Below are positions 9,368 to 17,923 of a stretch of 64,000 nucleotides of DNA, one piece after another; position 1 is the stretch's first letter, and each line of letters opens with the position of its first letter. Location: sequence record CP121101.1, one strand, 5' to 3'. This stretch comes from a plasmid. Made by a program: the position numbers and the translations under genes. Under the pieces are notes generated by a model, which saw only the letters and a list, made by a program, of their open reading frames with translations, searched no databases and was not told where the DNA came from.

Positions 9368-10138
9368 CTATCGGACGATAGGCTGTAAACGAAAAACCCC
9401 CAGCTTGGCCAGGGGTTCATCTTGAGAGTATTGCTCCCGGGTTGATTGAATCACGGTACCAGGGACAGCTGTTGAGATACCCCACCAACACCTTGGCCCT
9501 CGCTTGATGCGGTCAATTTCCTCCTGCATGATGTTGCGGATTTCCTTTGCTCGATTGACCTCTACCACCAAACTGAAATGGCACTGGTGCAGAGGAACGC
9601 CCAACAACGCAGCAAGCTTCACATAGCCGCGTTTATTGTCTATGCGCCACTGTTCACACAGTTGGTCATAAGCTTGATGCAATATGCCACGCCAGCGGCG
9701 AGCTTCACGGTCGGCCATCAATCCCAAAGGCCATCCATCACCTTTGTGATAGCCACAGCTGCGACCGCAGATGCAACGGTACATTGGGTAGCGATGGGCG
9801 TCCTGCCCTTTTCGGCTGACCTGCCGCCCACAATCACAGGTGATCGTGAAAATTGGGCAATGCGCAGACTTGCGGCCTGCATGGTAGTCACAGATGAGCT
9901 TGGCAATGTAAGTTGCCTTCACTCGCTGGTCCTCTTTAAAGCCCGATTCTGCAGCAAGCCATGTCACGGCTTCTTCGGGTAGGCTCCAATCTTCAGTCAG
10001 TCGATCGTATCGGCGGCAAAGCCACTCACCGATCACTGCATACAGAAGCACATCGACACCATCAATGCCGCTTTGCTGGCATTGATCTGACAGTAGGCGG
10101 CGCAGTGCTTTGGGGGGGAGATAGTTCACATTGGACAT
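9368..10138 (-). CDS. Cys-rich zinc-ribbon protein (hypothetical)
   Basis: It contains C..CDCGRQ..YRCICGRSCGYH cysteine clusters. The probable start is the ATG at 10138 (MSNVNY) with an AAGGA RBS. Confidence 0.5.
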   Translation of the reverse strand: MSNVNYLPPKALRRLLSDQCQQSGIDGVDVLLYAVIGEWLCRRYDRLTEDWSLPEEAVTWLAAESGFKEDQRVKATYIAKLICDYHAGRKSAHCPIFTITCDCGRQVSRKGQDAHRYPMYRCICGRSCGYHKGDGWPLGLMADREARRWRGILHQAYDQLCEQWRIDNKRGYVKLAALLGVPLHQCHFSLVVEVNRAKEIRNIMQEEIDRIKRGPRCWWGISTAVPGTVIQSTREQYSQDEPLAKLGVFRLQPIVR

Positions 10139-10170
10139 ATCAAGTTCCTTAATGGGGATTGCCTTGTTTG

Positions 10171-10405
10171 GCGGGTTGGGGTTGATCGCGAGTGGCACAT
10201 TGCAGACCGAGTACCATGAGACAGCCAGGGCTGTTTCTGCATGTGCGCTGGCGCCGGTGAATTGCCGGTGAGCGGACATGCAGAATCAGCCAACGAGGGC
10301 TTTGGTGATAGATCACAGGTGAGGAAGTCGGCAGAGGGCCGGCTGATTGGAAGTTGGTGCCGAGCCTGGCGGCTCGTCCACTAATAGGCACCGAGGACTC
10401 AGACA
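10171..10405 (-). repeat. Copy 4 of the conserved structured element; the core is 10171-10321
   Basis: The core is about 85% identical to the others. It shares the gaggaagtcggcagag extension with copy 1 and the gttggtgcc hairpin with copies 2 and 5. Confidence 0.8.
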
Positions 10406-10542
10406 GATTAACCTAGGGGCCCGGTAATTGGCAACTAAGTGGCCGTCCGGTTAGTTCAAAAAATACCAGTGGATAAGCTGCACAGTGGCAGTTTATCCAC
10501 TTGCCATAACATCAGGAGCCAGTGGCCGCTCCGGGTGAATCA

Positions 10543-10899
10543 TCAGCTACCGGAGGTATCGGTCGTTGAGTTCTGAGGAGTTTGGGCCGGTTGCTCTGGT
10601 ACTTGCTTCTTCTGCCGTCTCTTGTACGGTCGGCGCGGGCTTGTACCTTGTCGCCCTTGCGATGCCGCGACTAGATCCTGAATATCAATCCCGGAATCTG
10701 CCATTTTTTCGAACAGTTCGGTGATTTTGGCTGCCTTTAGCCTTTTCTCCTCTTCCAGTCTCAGCAGCTCAAGCTCTTCATTTTCGATGTATGTAGTCAG
10801 TAAGGTGTGCAGTTCTTTACGCTGTTCAAGCGTTCCAAGCTTCTTGGCTAGGGTCATAATGTTGCGCGGGGTATGGTCACGCTTGTTTTCTTGTTGCAT
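10543..10899 (-). CDS. Truncated H-NS paralogue (N-terminal oligomerisation domain plus linker; H-NST-like)
   Basis: The stretch LRLEEEKRLKAAKITELFEKMADSGIDIQDLV..SPRRPYKRRQ aligns with H-NS residues around ADGIDPNELL..KRAQRPAKY. The C-terminal TWTGQGRTP DNA-binding motif is absent. Confidence 0.55.
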   Translation of the reverse strand: MQQENKRDHTPRNIMTLAKKLGTLEQRKELHTLLTTYIENEELELLRLEEEKRLKAAKITELFEKMADSGIDIQDLVAASQGRQGTSPRRPYKRRQKKQVPEQPAQTPQNSTTDTSGS

Positions 10900-11030
10900 G
10901 CTTTCAGGCGTCCTTTAAGAAACCGTTATCCAGTCCTCAGCCCAGTGGTGACTCACGGGCCAGCAATCAAAACGCCTACATAATAGATGGACTGACCGCG
11001 GTATTGCTAGCCAGCCCGTCCTGCACCTAA

Positions 11031-11326
11031 TTAGGAGATTGACCCCAGGTGCACTTCTATCATTTCAAGATGCTTTCCTGAGGAGGCCAGCAAGTCTCGA
11101 GTAAAACGGAATTTGTGTTTGACTGCCGTAACAAGGTTTTTCTCACTTCCCCCCAATGCCATCCCGGTGCGATCAACGACCAGTACTTTCTGACTCTTGC
11201 GATCAACCAAGCACAGCCATGGAGCTGGAGGCGGATTCATGATGTCTGATATGCTGAAATGAATCTCCTCGACGAAATTTATTTTCTGCATAATGCGGAG
11301 ACGAACCTCTGTTGCCATAATACGCA
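11031..11326 (-). pseudogene. 3' fragment of a gene disrupted by the IS21-family insertion
   Basis: The ORF begins exactly at the IS boundary. Its partner fragment is 13942-14202. Confidence 0.5.
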
Positions 11327-11406
11327 TGCGTATTCCGGCGAAGTTGAACAGCCATTCCGGCCAACGTGAACACCCTGATCCTTAACGCGCTCACGTCACC
11401 CCGTTT

Positions 11407-12164
11407 CTAACTCGAGTGTTCAGATTGGGTCAACTCACTTCTCCTCTTTCTCATCGATTCTCCCTTCAGTGACAGCCGGTGAGCGTTGTGCATCAGCCGG
11501 TCCAGGATCGCATCTGCCAGAGTGTTGTCCCCCAAGCTCACGTACCACTCTTCCGTTGGCAGCTGACTGACCACGACCGTCGAGTATTTCCCGTACCGAT
11601 CATCCATGATCTCCAGCAGGGCGTTGCGCTGCTCGGCATTCACCGCTTCCAGTCCCCAGTCATCCAGGATCAGCAGCTCTATCCTTGCCAGTTGACCCAG
11701 CAGTCTGGCGTAACTGCCATCTACCTTGGCCTGGCTCAGCTCAAGTAGCAGACGCGGCAGCCGGTAGTAACGAGTGCTGTGCCCCTGCTGACAGGCTTGG
11801 TAGCCCAGCGCACAGGCTAGGTAGGTTTTTCCGCAGCCACAGGGGCCGGTAATGAGCAGGTTCTGGCCCCGGCGCAGCCACTCTCCTTGGGCCAGGTTTG
11901 CCACCTGTGACCGCTCCAGGTTGCGTGCAGACTGGTAGTCCACCTCTTGCACCGTGGCCTGGAGTTTGAGCCTCGCCTGCTTGACCAGCCGAGCTTGTTT
12001 ACGCTGCTCCCCCGGCTCAGTTGTTCGTGTTCGACCAGCAGGCTTAGCCGCTCGATGAAGGGCAGCCCTTCGTAGGTACTTGCCTGTTCCAGTTGTTGTT
12101 GCACGGCATCCGCCATGCCAGTCAGTTTCAGGTGTCTCAAGCGGGTCAGCGTTTGTTGGGTCAT
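11407..12164 (-). CDS. istB: IS21-family IstB helper ATPase, apparently frameshifted near 12005-12020
   Basis: The N-terminus MTQQTLTRLRHLKLTGM and LLVEHEQL are in one frame. RKQARLVKQ...GPCGCGKTYLA and DDWG (Walker A and B) are in another. The frame switch falls at a cggggga run. Confidence 0.6.
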
Positions 12165-12178
12165 GGGACGTATCCTCT

Positions 12179-13720
12179 TTAGTGGAAGCTCTGGGGGCCG
12201 CGGATGTTCTCGTGCTCTTGCGGCAGTTCTGGATAACTGAGCGGACTTGCGGGCAGTTGGTCGCGGCCACTGGTCAGCACCGACTTGAGCTGCTTGAGCC
12301 GCACCAGTCCTTCCCGGTTGGCCAGCTGGCAACAGGCTTCGACTCGTGATGGCGGATACTCCCGGCTAAGACTCAGCAGTCCCAGGCAGAGTCGGTATGC
12401 CTGCTCGGCATGGGCTTTCTCTGCCAGCCGTTCGCTAACCCAGCACAAGGTGCCCGGTCCGATGTCGGCAGCCCACTGCTTAAGACGCCCTGGCGTCCAG
12501 CGTTGCTGCTTGCTGTGACGTTCCGGCATGTGCTCAGGGAGTGTGCTCATCCCCGGGATGGTTTTACGCGGATGGCTCGCGACCAGCTGTTGCTGGTGAT
12601 AGACCTGAAGCAGGGTATCGCCCGCATGGAGCTCCAGTTGCTGACCCACATACTGGTGCGGCACCGAGTAATGGTGCTGCTCATAGCTGACGTGATAGTC
12701 GATGTTGACCTTGACCGTTTTGATGGCGACATAGCGATAGGGATGCACCGGTAGTGACCCCAGTGCCGGGCGGTCCAACTGCTCAAACGCCTCGCGTCGG
12801 TTACCGGGCAGCTGCTTGAACGGGCGCTCGTTGAGCTCATTCAACAAAGCCCGGATGCACTGGTTTAGCTCGGCAAGCGAGAAGAAGGTCTGATGGCGTA
12901 GACGAGCCAGGATCCAGCGCTCGACGATCTGCACACCCACCTCGGCCTTGGCTTTGTCCTTAGGCTTGTAAGGGCGAGCTGGCATCACCGCCACCTGATA
13001 GTGCTCGGCCAACTGCTGGTAGCTGGGGTTGAGCTCGGGATCGTATCGGCAAGCCTTGCTGACACCGCTCTTGAGGTTGTCGGGGATCAGCAGTACCGGT
13101 GTCCCGCCGAAAAACTCAAAGGCACGGACATGGCTTTGCAGCCAGTCCGGCAGTGACTGGGACCAGGTGGCCTCGGCAAAGGTGTAGTTGGACGCACCGA
13201 GCACGGCGACAAAGACTTGTGCCTGACGGACCTCACCCGTAGTCGGCGACACGATGGGCACCGTGGGCCCGCAGTAGTCGATAAAGAGCTTTTCCCCCGC
13301 CTTGTGGATCTGGCGCATGGAGCGCTTTTGCAACTGACACCAGGACTTGTAACGGTCACAGAACTGGGAGTAGCTGTAACAGCTATTGGGATAGCGCTGG
13401 GTGTACTCCTCCCAGAGCAGCTGTTTGGAGACCCCCTTGCGCTTGAGCTCCTGATGGACAGAGGGCCAATCCGGCACAACATGGCGGGCCGAGATGGTGG
13501 TATCGGCCTGCGGATAGAACAGGGCAGCCAGTCGGCCATCATCAAGCTCGGTAGGTAAGGGCCAGGTAAGGCCGAGCGCCTGGGCACTTTTGAGGAGTTT
13601 CTGGATGGAGCCGACACTGACCTTGGTACAGATACTGATTTGGCGAACAGAGAGGTCAGCTTCCAGCCGCAGTCGCAGCACTTCACGAATTTTACGCATT
13701 GCAATCCTCTTGGCAGACAT
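12179..13720 (-). CDS. istA: IS21-family transposase IstA (513 aa)
   Basis: It has an N-terminal HTH and a DDE transposase core. Its stop overlaps the istB start, as is usual in IS21. Confidence 0.75.
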   Translation of the reverse strand: MSAKRIAMRKIREVLRLRLEADLSVRQISICTKVSVGSIQKLLKSAQALGLTWPLPTELDDGRLAALFYPQADTTISARHVVPDWPSVHQELKRKGVSKQLLWEEYTQRYPNSCYSYSQFCDRYKSWCQLQKRSMRQIHKAGEKLFIDYCGPTVPIVSPTTGEVRQAQVFVAVLGASNYTFAEATWSQSLPDWLQSHVRAFEFFGGTPVLLIPDNLKSGVSKACRYDPELNPSYQQLAEHYQVAVMPARPYKPKDKAKAEVGVQIVERWILARLRHQTFFSLAELNQCIRALLNELNERPFKQLPGNRREAFEQLDRPALGSLPVHPYRYVAIKTVKVNIDYHVSYEQHHYSVPHQYVGQQLELHAGDTLLQVYHQQQLVASHPRKTIPGMSTLPEHMPERHSKQQRWTPGRLKQWAADIGPGTLCWVSERLAEKAHAEQAYRLCLGLLSLSREYPPSRVEACCQLANREGLVRLKQLKSVLTSGRDQLPASPLSYPELPQEHENIRGPQSFH

Positions 13721-13941
13721 AGGCTCTTCCCTGGCAAAAGGGAGAGCGTATCAAAGGTTTTTAAATCAATGCGTTAAGGATGATTCCGGTGAATGTGAAC
13801 AGTGATTCCGGGATGTTGAACACTGTTTCCGGAAAGGAGGGGCGAAGTGTTCAGGTTGAACCGGAATGAGCGTTCACATTGGTCCGGAAATGGTGTTCAC
13901 GTTGAATCGGAATTGGTGTTCATGATCGGCCGGAATATGCA

Positions 13942-14202
13942 ACGCAACCATGCATCATTGAACTCCCTTACATTTTTGGCGCAAAAATAAGGGAAGTCCG
14001 GAGATAATATGGTTCCATACTTTCTAAAGTCCGGGGTCCAGCTTGGAGCCTGCATTGTGCCAAGTAATGTCTGCGCGTATGCAGCATGGGTTTCCGACGC
14101 GAATAGTGAGACGCGGTTTTCCAGCCACGTTTCAACATCTTCAGGTTGAACCTCTTGGACCATAAATAAATCGTTGTTAAAGGATTTTTGAAGAAGGTAC
14201 AT
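13942..14202 (-). pseudogene. 5' fragment of the IS-disrupted gene
   Basis: The ORF 13897-14202 reads into the IS end. The intact gene would have been about 185 aa. Confidence 0.5.
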
Positions 14203-14592
14203 ATCTAATCTCTTAGCTTCAGATGCCGTTACACAGGTCTAATAACGGCGTAGACCCAGCCATACGCGCATTGGCCATCACAGGTGCAGTAAAGCCACTG
14301 GGCTTGTGCGCGGCATACAAACATTCCTGAGACAGGCTGATATAACTGTAATCCTTATAATTAAAAATCGAATATCAGCATTCCTCTGCGCACAGTTTAT
14401 GGCGACAGCGGATAATGCAACCCGACCTTCCTCAGCCATAGGAAATGGCTCAGGAAGGGCTGGTTTGCCCTCTGACGAAAGAAAATAATATGTTATTTCC
14501 TCGGTGTAGCTGACCGGGAATAATAATCTGTGAACGTACTCAGCGTGATAAGTGAAATAAGGGGGCCATAAGCCCCCTGGTTTTCAGGTTAT

Positions 14593-15236
14593 TTAGTATA
14601 GGTAATTGTTTGGCCGGCTGAGTTGTCGCTCATAATGGGCGTAGGTGGCTGTAGGGTTGAAATCCCAACCGTCATCCTCGTCCGTCATGGCCATCGAGAC
14701 AACCTCATCTAGCCAGCCCTGCTTTTCAAGCCACAAGAGCAGTTCATGTTCCTTGTGGCTCAGTTTTGAACACCGTCGTAGATAGCTCCGCCGAGTGACA
14801 ACCTGCCGGAAAATCCCGGCAAGCATACGTTCTGGGCTGACGTCTAACATGATGCAGCAATGTCTAAAGCTGAAGGGTGTCAGTTCTTGTTTGAACAACC
14901 ACTCGATCCCCAACTCCCTCGATTCAGTACCGCACTTCGGTGAAATCAGCCCATAAATGGCATCATTCAGTACAACACCGCACAGAGTTGCTATACCGTC
15001 ATCGGACCAAACAAGCGTGCCCTCTTCAGGCATATCTTGCAGATCCGGCTGGTCTTCCTGGAACAGCTCCGGGAACAGCAACGGTAATGGCATTGCGCTG
15101 TTGTTGACCAGCGACACAGGATCACTGTCACCAGCTTTAGATTTCGTTGAGCTTTTTGGCTTTATTGCCCGTTCTGAGGGGATGAATAGCACATCCTTAT
15201 CAGAATCAAACATGTCTCGTTGCCAAAGTATCATGG
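14593..15236 (-). CDS. Hypothetical protein
   Basis: The start is probably MILWQRDMF. The upstream in-frame extension overlaps the ccaacaccaacccgg motif. A terminator lies at 14561-14590. Confidence 0.45.
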
Positions 15237-15404
15237 TGCCCTCCATAGAGAAGGAGGGCCACCCGTGGGGCAGCCTCTCCCCTACGGTACTTGGTGATGG
15301 GCTTTCGCCCGGGTTGGTGTTGGCCACTGGCGCGATTTGCAGGCCTATTCGCGTGATCGCCCGAAAGCAATTCGCTGATAGTCATCTATCTTCGAATCGC
15401 TCTT

Positions 15405-15435
15405 TCGAGAATGAGAAAGAGGGCCAAAGGCCCTC
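15405..15435 (-). terminator. Terminator after the bet-like gene
   Basis: The hairpin gagggcctttggccctc is followed by a T-rich tail on the minus strand. Confidence 0.5.
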
Positions 15436-15487
15436 ATCCCGAGGTTACAAAGGTCTTAAACCGCGGCGAACCACGAGATCTTCATCC

Positions 15488-16657
15488 TTACCCATGAGTG
15501 ACAACCTCCATCTGATCGAGAGCGGCCAGTACCCACGCGCGATCATCATCGCTCATTCTGGTTGACTTGAAGTACCCACGAAGAGCACCCCATTGCTTTG
15601 TCTGTACTGTCCGGCTAAAGCCGATTCGGACATCCCCACGCAACCGATCGGAAGGTAAGTAACCACCCCATGGGAATTTGATAATTTCCTCTAGTGTGGT
15701 TGGTTTTGCACCGATCTGGGCGGCTGGCGTTTCCGCTGGCTCCACTTCGACCTGGACGGCCGGCGTTTCCGCTGGTTCCACTTCGACCTGAACGGCCGGC
15801 GTTTCCGCTGGTTCCACTTCGACCTGAACGGCCGGCGTTTCCGCTTGCTTTGCTTCGACTTGGGCAGTTGGCGTTTCCGCTAGCTTCGCTTCGACCTGGG
15901 CAGCTGGCGTTTCCGCTGGCTTCGCTTCGACCTGGGCAGCTGGCGTTTCCGCTGGCTTCGCTTCGACCTGGGCAGCTGGCGTTTCCGCTGGCTTTGCTTC
16001 GACCTGGGCAGCAGCTGGCGTTTCCGCTGGCTTTGCTTCGACCTGGGCGGCCGGCGTTTCCGCTGGCTTTGCTTCGACCTGGGCGGCCTGTCCACTATCT
16101 ACGACGACAGTAAGGCCCCCATCTTTAGGGCTAAGACTCGCCTGACTTTCATCAGCTGCGTAAACGCCAGTTAATAACCGGATCGTTTGAGCAGTCGATT
16201 TGTGGCCCAACGACCTATTTGGCATGTGACACCAGGCTTCTGTATTGAAGAAGTTCTCAGCCAGATACTCCCGGTGCACAAACCGTCCACCATCAGCAGT
16301 TACCAATGTGGTCTCTATCCACTCATGCCCGCGAACATCCTTGGCCATCTCAGCGAAGGTAAGGACGTTTTCGGAGTAGGTGTGGATGATCTCTCTGACG
16401 CCAGCCTGTTTTGCAAGCTGTAGCCATCCATCTACACGAAGCCCGATCTCAATCCCCAGATTGGTGCGACGAGCAAACATCGTCCCATCAAAAGGGTTGA
16501 GCTGGGTGCGCTCGATGAACCGAATGGTCTTCTTGAAATCCAACGTAGTCGGACTGTAGCCAGCGCAGATCACTTCCAGGAACAACAGGTCTCGAAGCGA
16601 GTCTTTAACTTCGTCGGTCTGGACATCAAGGATTTTCTCTACGGTTTGAATAGCCAT
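15488..16657 (-). CDS. Bet/Red-beta (RecT-family) single-strand annealing protein with a repetitive linker
   Basis: FLEVICAGY..NPFDG..VDGWLQLAKQAG and WCHMPNRSLGHKSTAQTIRLLTG match the lambda Bet motifs VDGW and HPKRMLRHKAMIQCARLAFG. The start is taken as the ATG at 16657, which has a GGAG RBS. Confidence 0.6.
   Translation of the reverse strand: MAIQTVEKILDVQTDEVKDSLRDLLFLEVICAGYSPTTLDFKKTIRFIERTQLNPFDGTMFARRTNLGIEIGLRVDGWLQLAKQAGVREIIHTYSENVLTFAEMAKDVRGHEWIETTLVTADGGRFVHREYLAENFFNTEAWCHMPNRSLGHKSTAQTIRLLTGVYAADESQASLSPKDGGLTVVVDSGQAAQVEAKPAETPAAQVEAKPAETPAAAQVEAKPAETPAAQVEAKPAETPAAQVEAKPAETPAAQVEAKLAETPTAQVEAKQAETPAVQVEVEPAETPAVQVEVEPAETPAVQVEVEPAETPAAQIGAKPTTLEEIIKFPWGGYLPSDRLRGDVRIGFSRTVQTKQWGALRGYFKSTRMSDDDRAWVLAALDQMEVVTHG
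15715..16110. repeat. About 11 tandem 36-bp repeats inside the bet-like CDS, encoding AQVEAKPAETPA units
   Basis: The unit ggccggcgtttccgctggttccacttcgacctgaac repeats directly. The last three copies carry VQVEVEPAETPA. Confidence 0.8.
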
Positions 16658-16669
16658 GTTATTTCTCCA

Positions 16670-16695
16670 AAAAAAAAGCCTCGACAATGCGAGGC
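16670..16695 (-). terminator. Terminator after ssb
   Basis: The hairpin gcctcgcattgtcgaggc is followed by ttttttttt on the minus strand. Confidence 0.6.
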
Positions 16696-16725
16696 TGGTT
16701 GGTGTTGCCATTTCAGGCTGGTTGG

Positions 16726-17310
16726 TTAGGGGCGACGACTACCGTCATATTGCGGCTGCCGGTGTCCATGCTGTTGCTGGGAATTAGCCTGATGTTGCTG
16801 GGAATTTCCCCAGTGTTGCTGAGGTTGCTCCTCCCAGTGTTGCTGGGGTTGCTCCTCCCAGTGTTGCTGGGGTTGTTGAGGTTGTTGCCGGCGAGAAGTT
16901 TGTTGAGGTCTTTGAGGCTGCTTACTCTGCTGAGGCCGCCCTTGCGGATTATTGGCAAAGCCGGACTGCTTCAAACAAGCTATTGCCTCTGCCGGCATGT
17001 GTACGTTGATACACGCCACCTTAACCTTGAGCCCTGAACGGGATTCCCCGCCCTGCTCCCAAGATTCAAAGACAAGCTTCCCTGAAATTTCAAGATAGTC
17101 CCCCTTCTTGATAGCAGGGGTTTTTTCCCCGGAAAGCTCCACCCGAATGAACTGGGTGCGATCTACCCACTGTCCAGATTTGGGGTCCCGATAACCGTCA
17201 TCAATTGCGATGGTTGCCGGGCCATACGGTCCATATTGACCAGTCCGGATGTCGGCATGGCTCACGTAGCCGCCAAGCCTCACTTCGTTTATCTTGTTGT
17301 TCATTCTCAT
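16726..17310 (-). CDS. ssb: Single-stranded DNA-binding protein
   Basis: It has an OB-fold N-terminus (VRLGGYVSHADIRTGQYGP..FIRVELSGEK) and a Q/P-rich tail with QPQQHWEE repeats. I did not see the usual DDDIPF terminus. Confidence 0.65.
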   Translation of the reverse strand: MRMNNKINEVRLGGYVSHADIRTGQYGPYGPATIAIDDGYRDPKSGQWVDRTQFIRVELSGEKTPAIKKGDYLEISGKLVFESWEQGGESRSGLKVKVACINVHMPAEAIACLKQSGFANNPQGRPQQSKQPQRPQQTSRRQQPQQPQQHWEEQPQQHWEEQPQQHWGNSQQHQANSQQQHGHRQPQYDGSRRP

Positions 17311-17425
17311 AGTCGAAATCCTATGTGGTTGATGTTGGGTGGCTTTACGCCTGCGACTTAAAACCCCTATCGCTCTTTGCCAGTTGGCAAACCATCTCAG
17401 GAAAAGCTTGCTTTCCTGAACCGAT

Positions 17426-17923
17426 TCACATGACTGAATGTGATAAGAGGCTGCCCTTGGGCAGCCTCTTTGTCACATTGGACGTGGTTGAGGGAAATCT
17501 TGTTCCCGTGTAGTATTCAACAGGCTGGTACGCCAGCTGTTCCTCTTCAATTTCATCTGAGCTTTGGGATTGTACTTTCATCCCTGCAGCCTGGGCACGC
17601 CAGCTAGCCTCTGCCTGAGCAGGTCTCGCAGGTCTCGCGGCCTCTGTTTTGGCTGTTGCACCGACGACCCCTGCTGCACGAAGACGTTCCTCAACAGCGG
17701 TCTCTACTGCTGTTTTAAAACGAACTTCCGACAACTCATTACTAAACTCTTTTTTGATGATGTCTGCAGCCATTGTGGCGGCTTCCGCCATCATGGCTTT
17801 TTTGCGATGGCCATCCAGTTCGCGCTGGTCAGCCTCAGTGCTTTTGAGCAGTTGTTCCTTCATTCCGCCGGCAAAGGCGAAAACGAGAATAGCCAAGAAT
17901 CCCAAAACTATGATGGTTTCCAT
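17426..17923 (-). CDS. Hypothetical membrane-anchored coiled-coil protein
   Basis: It has an N-terminal TM segment (IIVLGFLAILVFAFAGG) and then a charged helical region. Confidence 0.4.
   Translation of the reverse strand: METIIVLGFLAILVFAFAGGMKEQLLKSTEADQRELDGHRKKAMMAEAATMAADIIKKEFSNELSEVRFKTAVETAVEERLRAAGVVGATAKTEAARPARPAQAEASWRAQAAGMKVQSQSSDEIEEEQLAYQPVEYYTGTRFPSTTSNVTKRLPKGSLLSHSVM

Larger units (their letters stand above)
11327..13941 (-). mobile_element. IS21-family insertion sequence (about 2.6 kb)
   Basis: It carries istA and istB. Both ends have imperfect terminal inverted repeats (tgcgtattccggc at one end, gccggaatatgca at the other) plus several subterminal attccgg/gtgaaca-type repeats. 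The flanking acgca at both junctions suggests a 5-bp target duplication. Confidence 0.7.

Noticed and set aside
4133-10405. Integron cassette array with attC sites between cargo genes
   Set aside because: The elements are 150-250 bp of conserved sequence, not 60-140 bp imperfect palindromes with R''/L''/L'/R' boxes. No intI or attI is present. Several genes lack a flanking copy. The resemblance is only organisational.
13087-13737. 216-aa Cys/Ser/Arg-rich ORF overlapping istA, plus several plus-strand ORFs inside the IS
   Set aside because: They are completely nested within the well-supported istA/istB frames and are of low complexity.
15694-16113. 139-aa plus-strand ORF (LRPGRPAFPL repeats) and the 71-aa minus ORF inside the bet linker repeats
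   Set aside because: Antisense or alternative-frame artefacts of the 36-bp tandem repeats. The Bet frame has the start, the RBS and the recognisable domains.
16713-16958. 81-aa ORF overlapping the 3' end of ssb
   Set aside because: It is an alternative frame of the repetitive Q/P-rich ssb tail. No independent RBS is seen.
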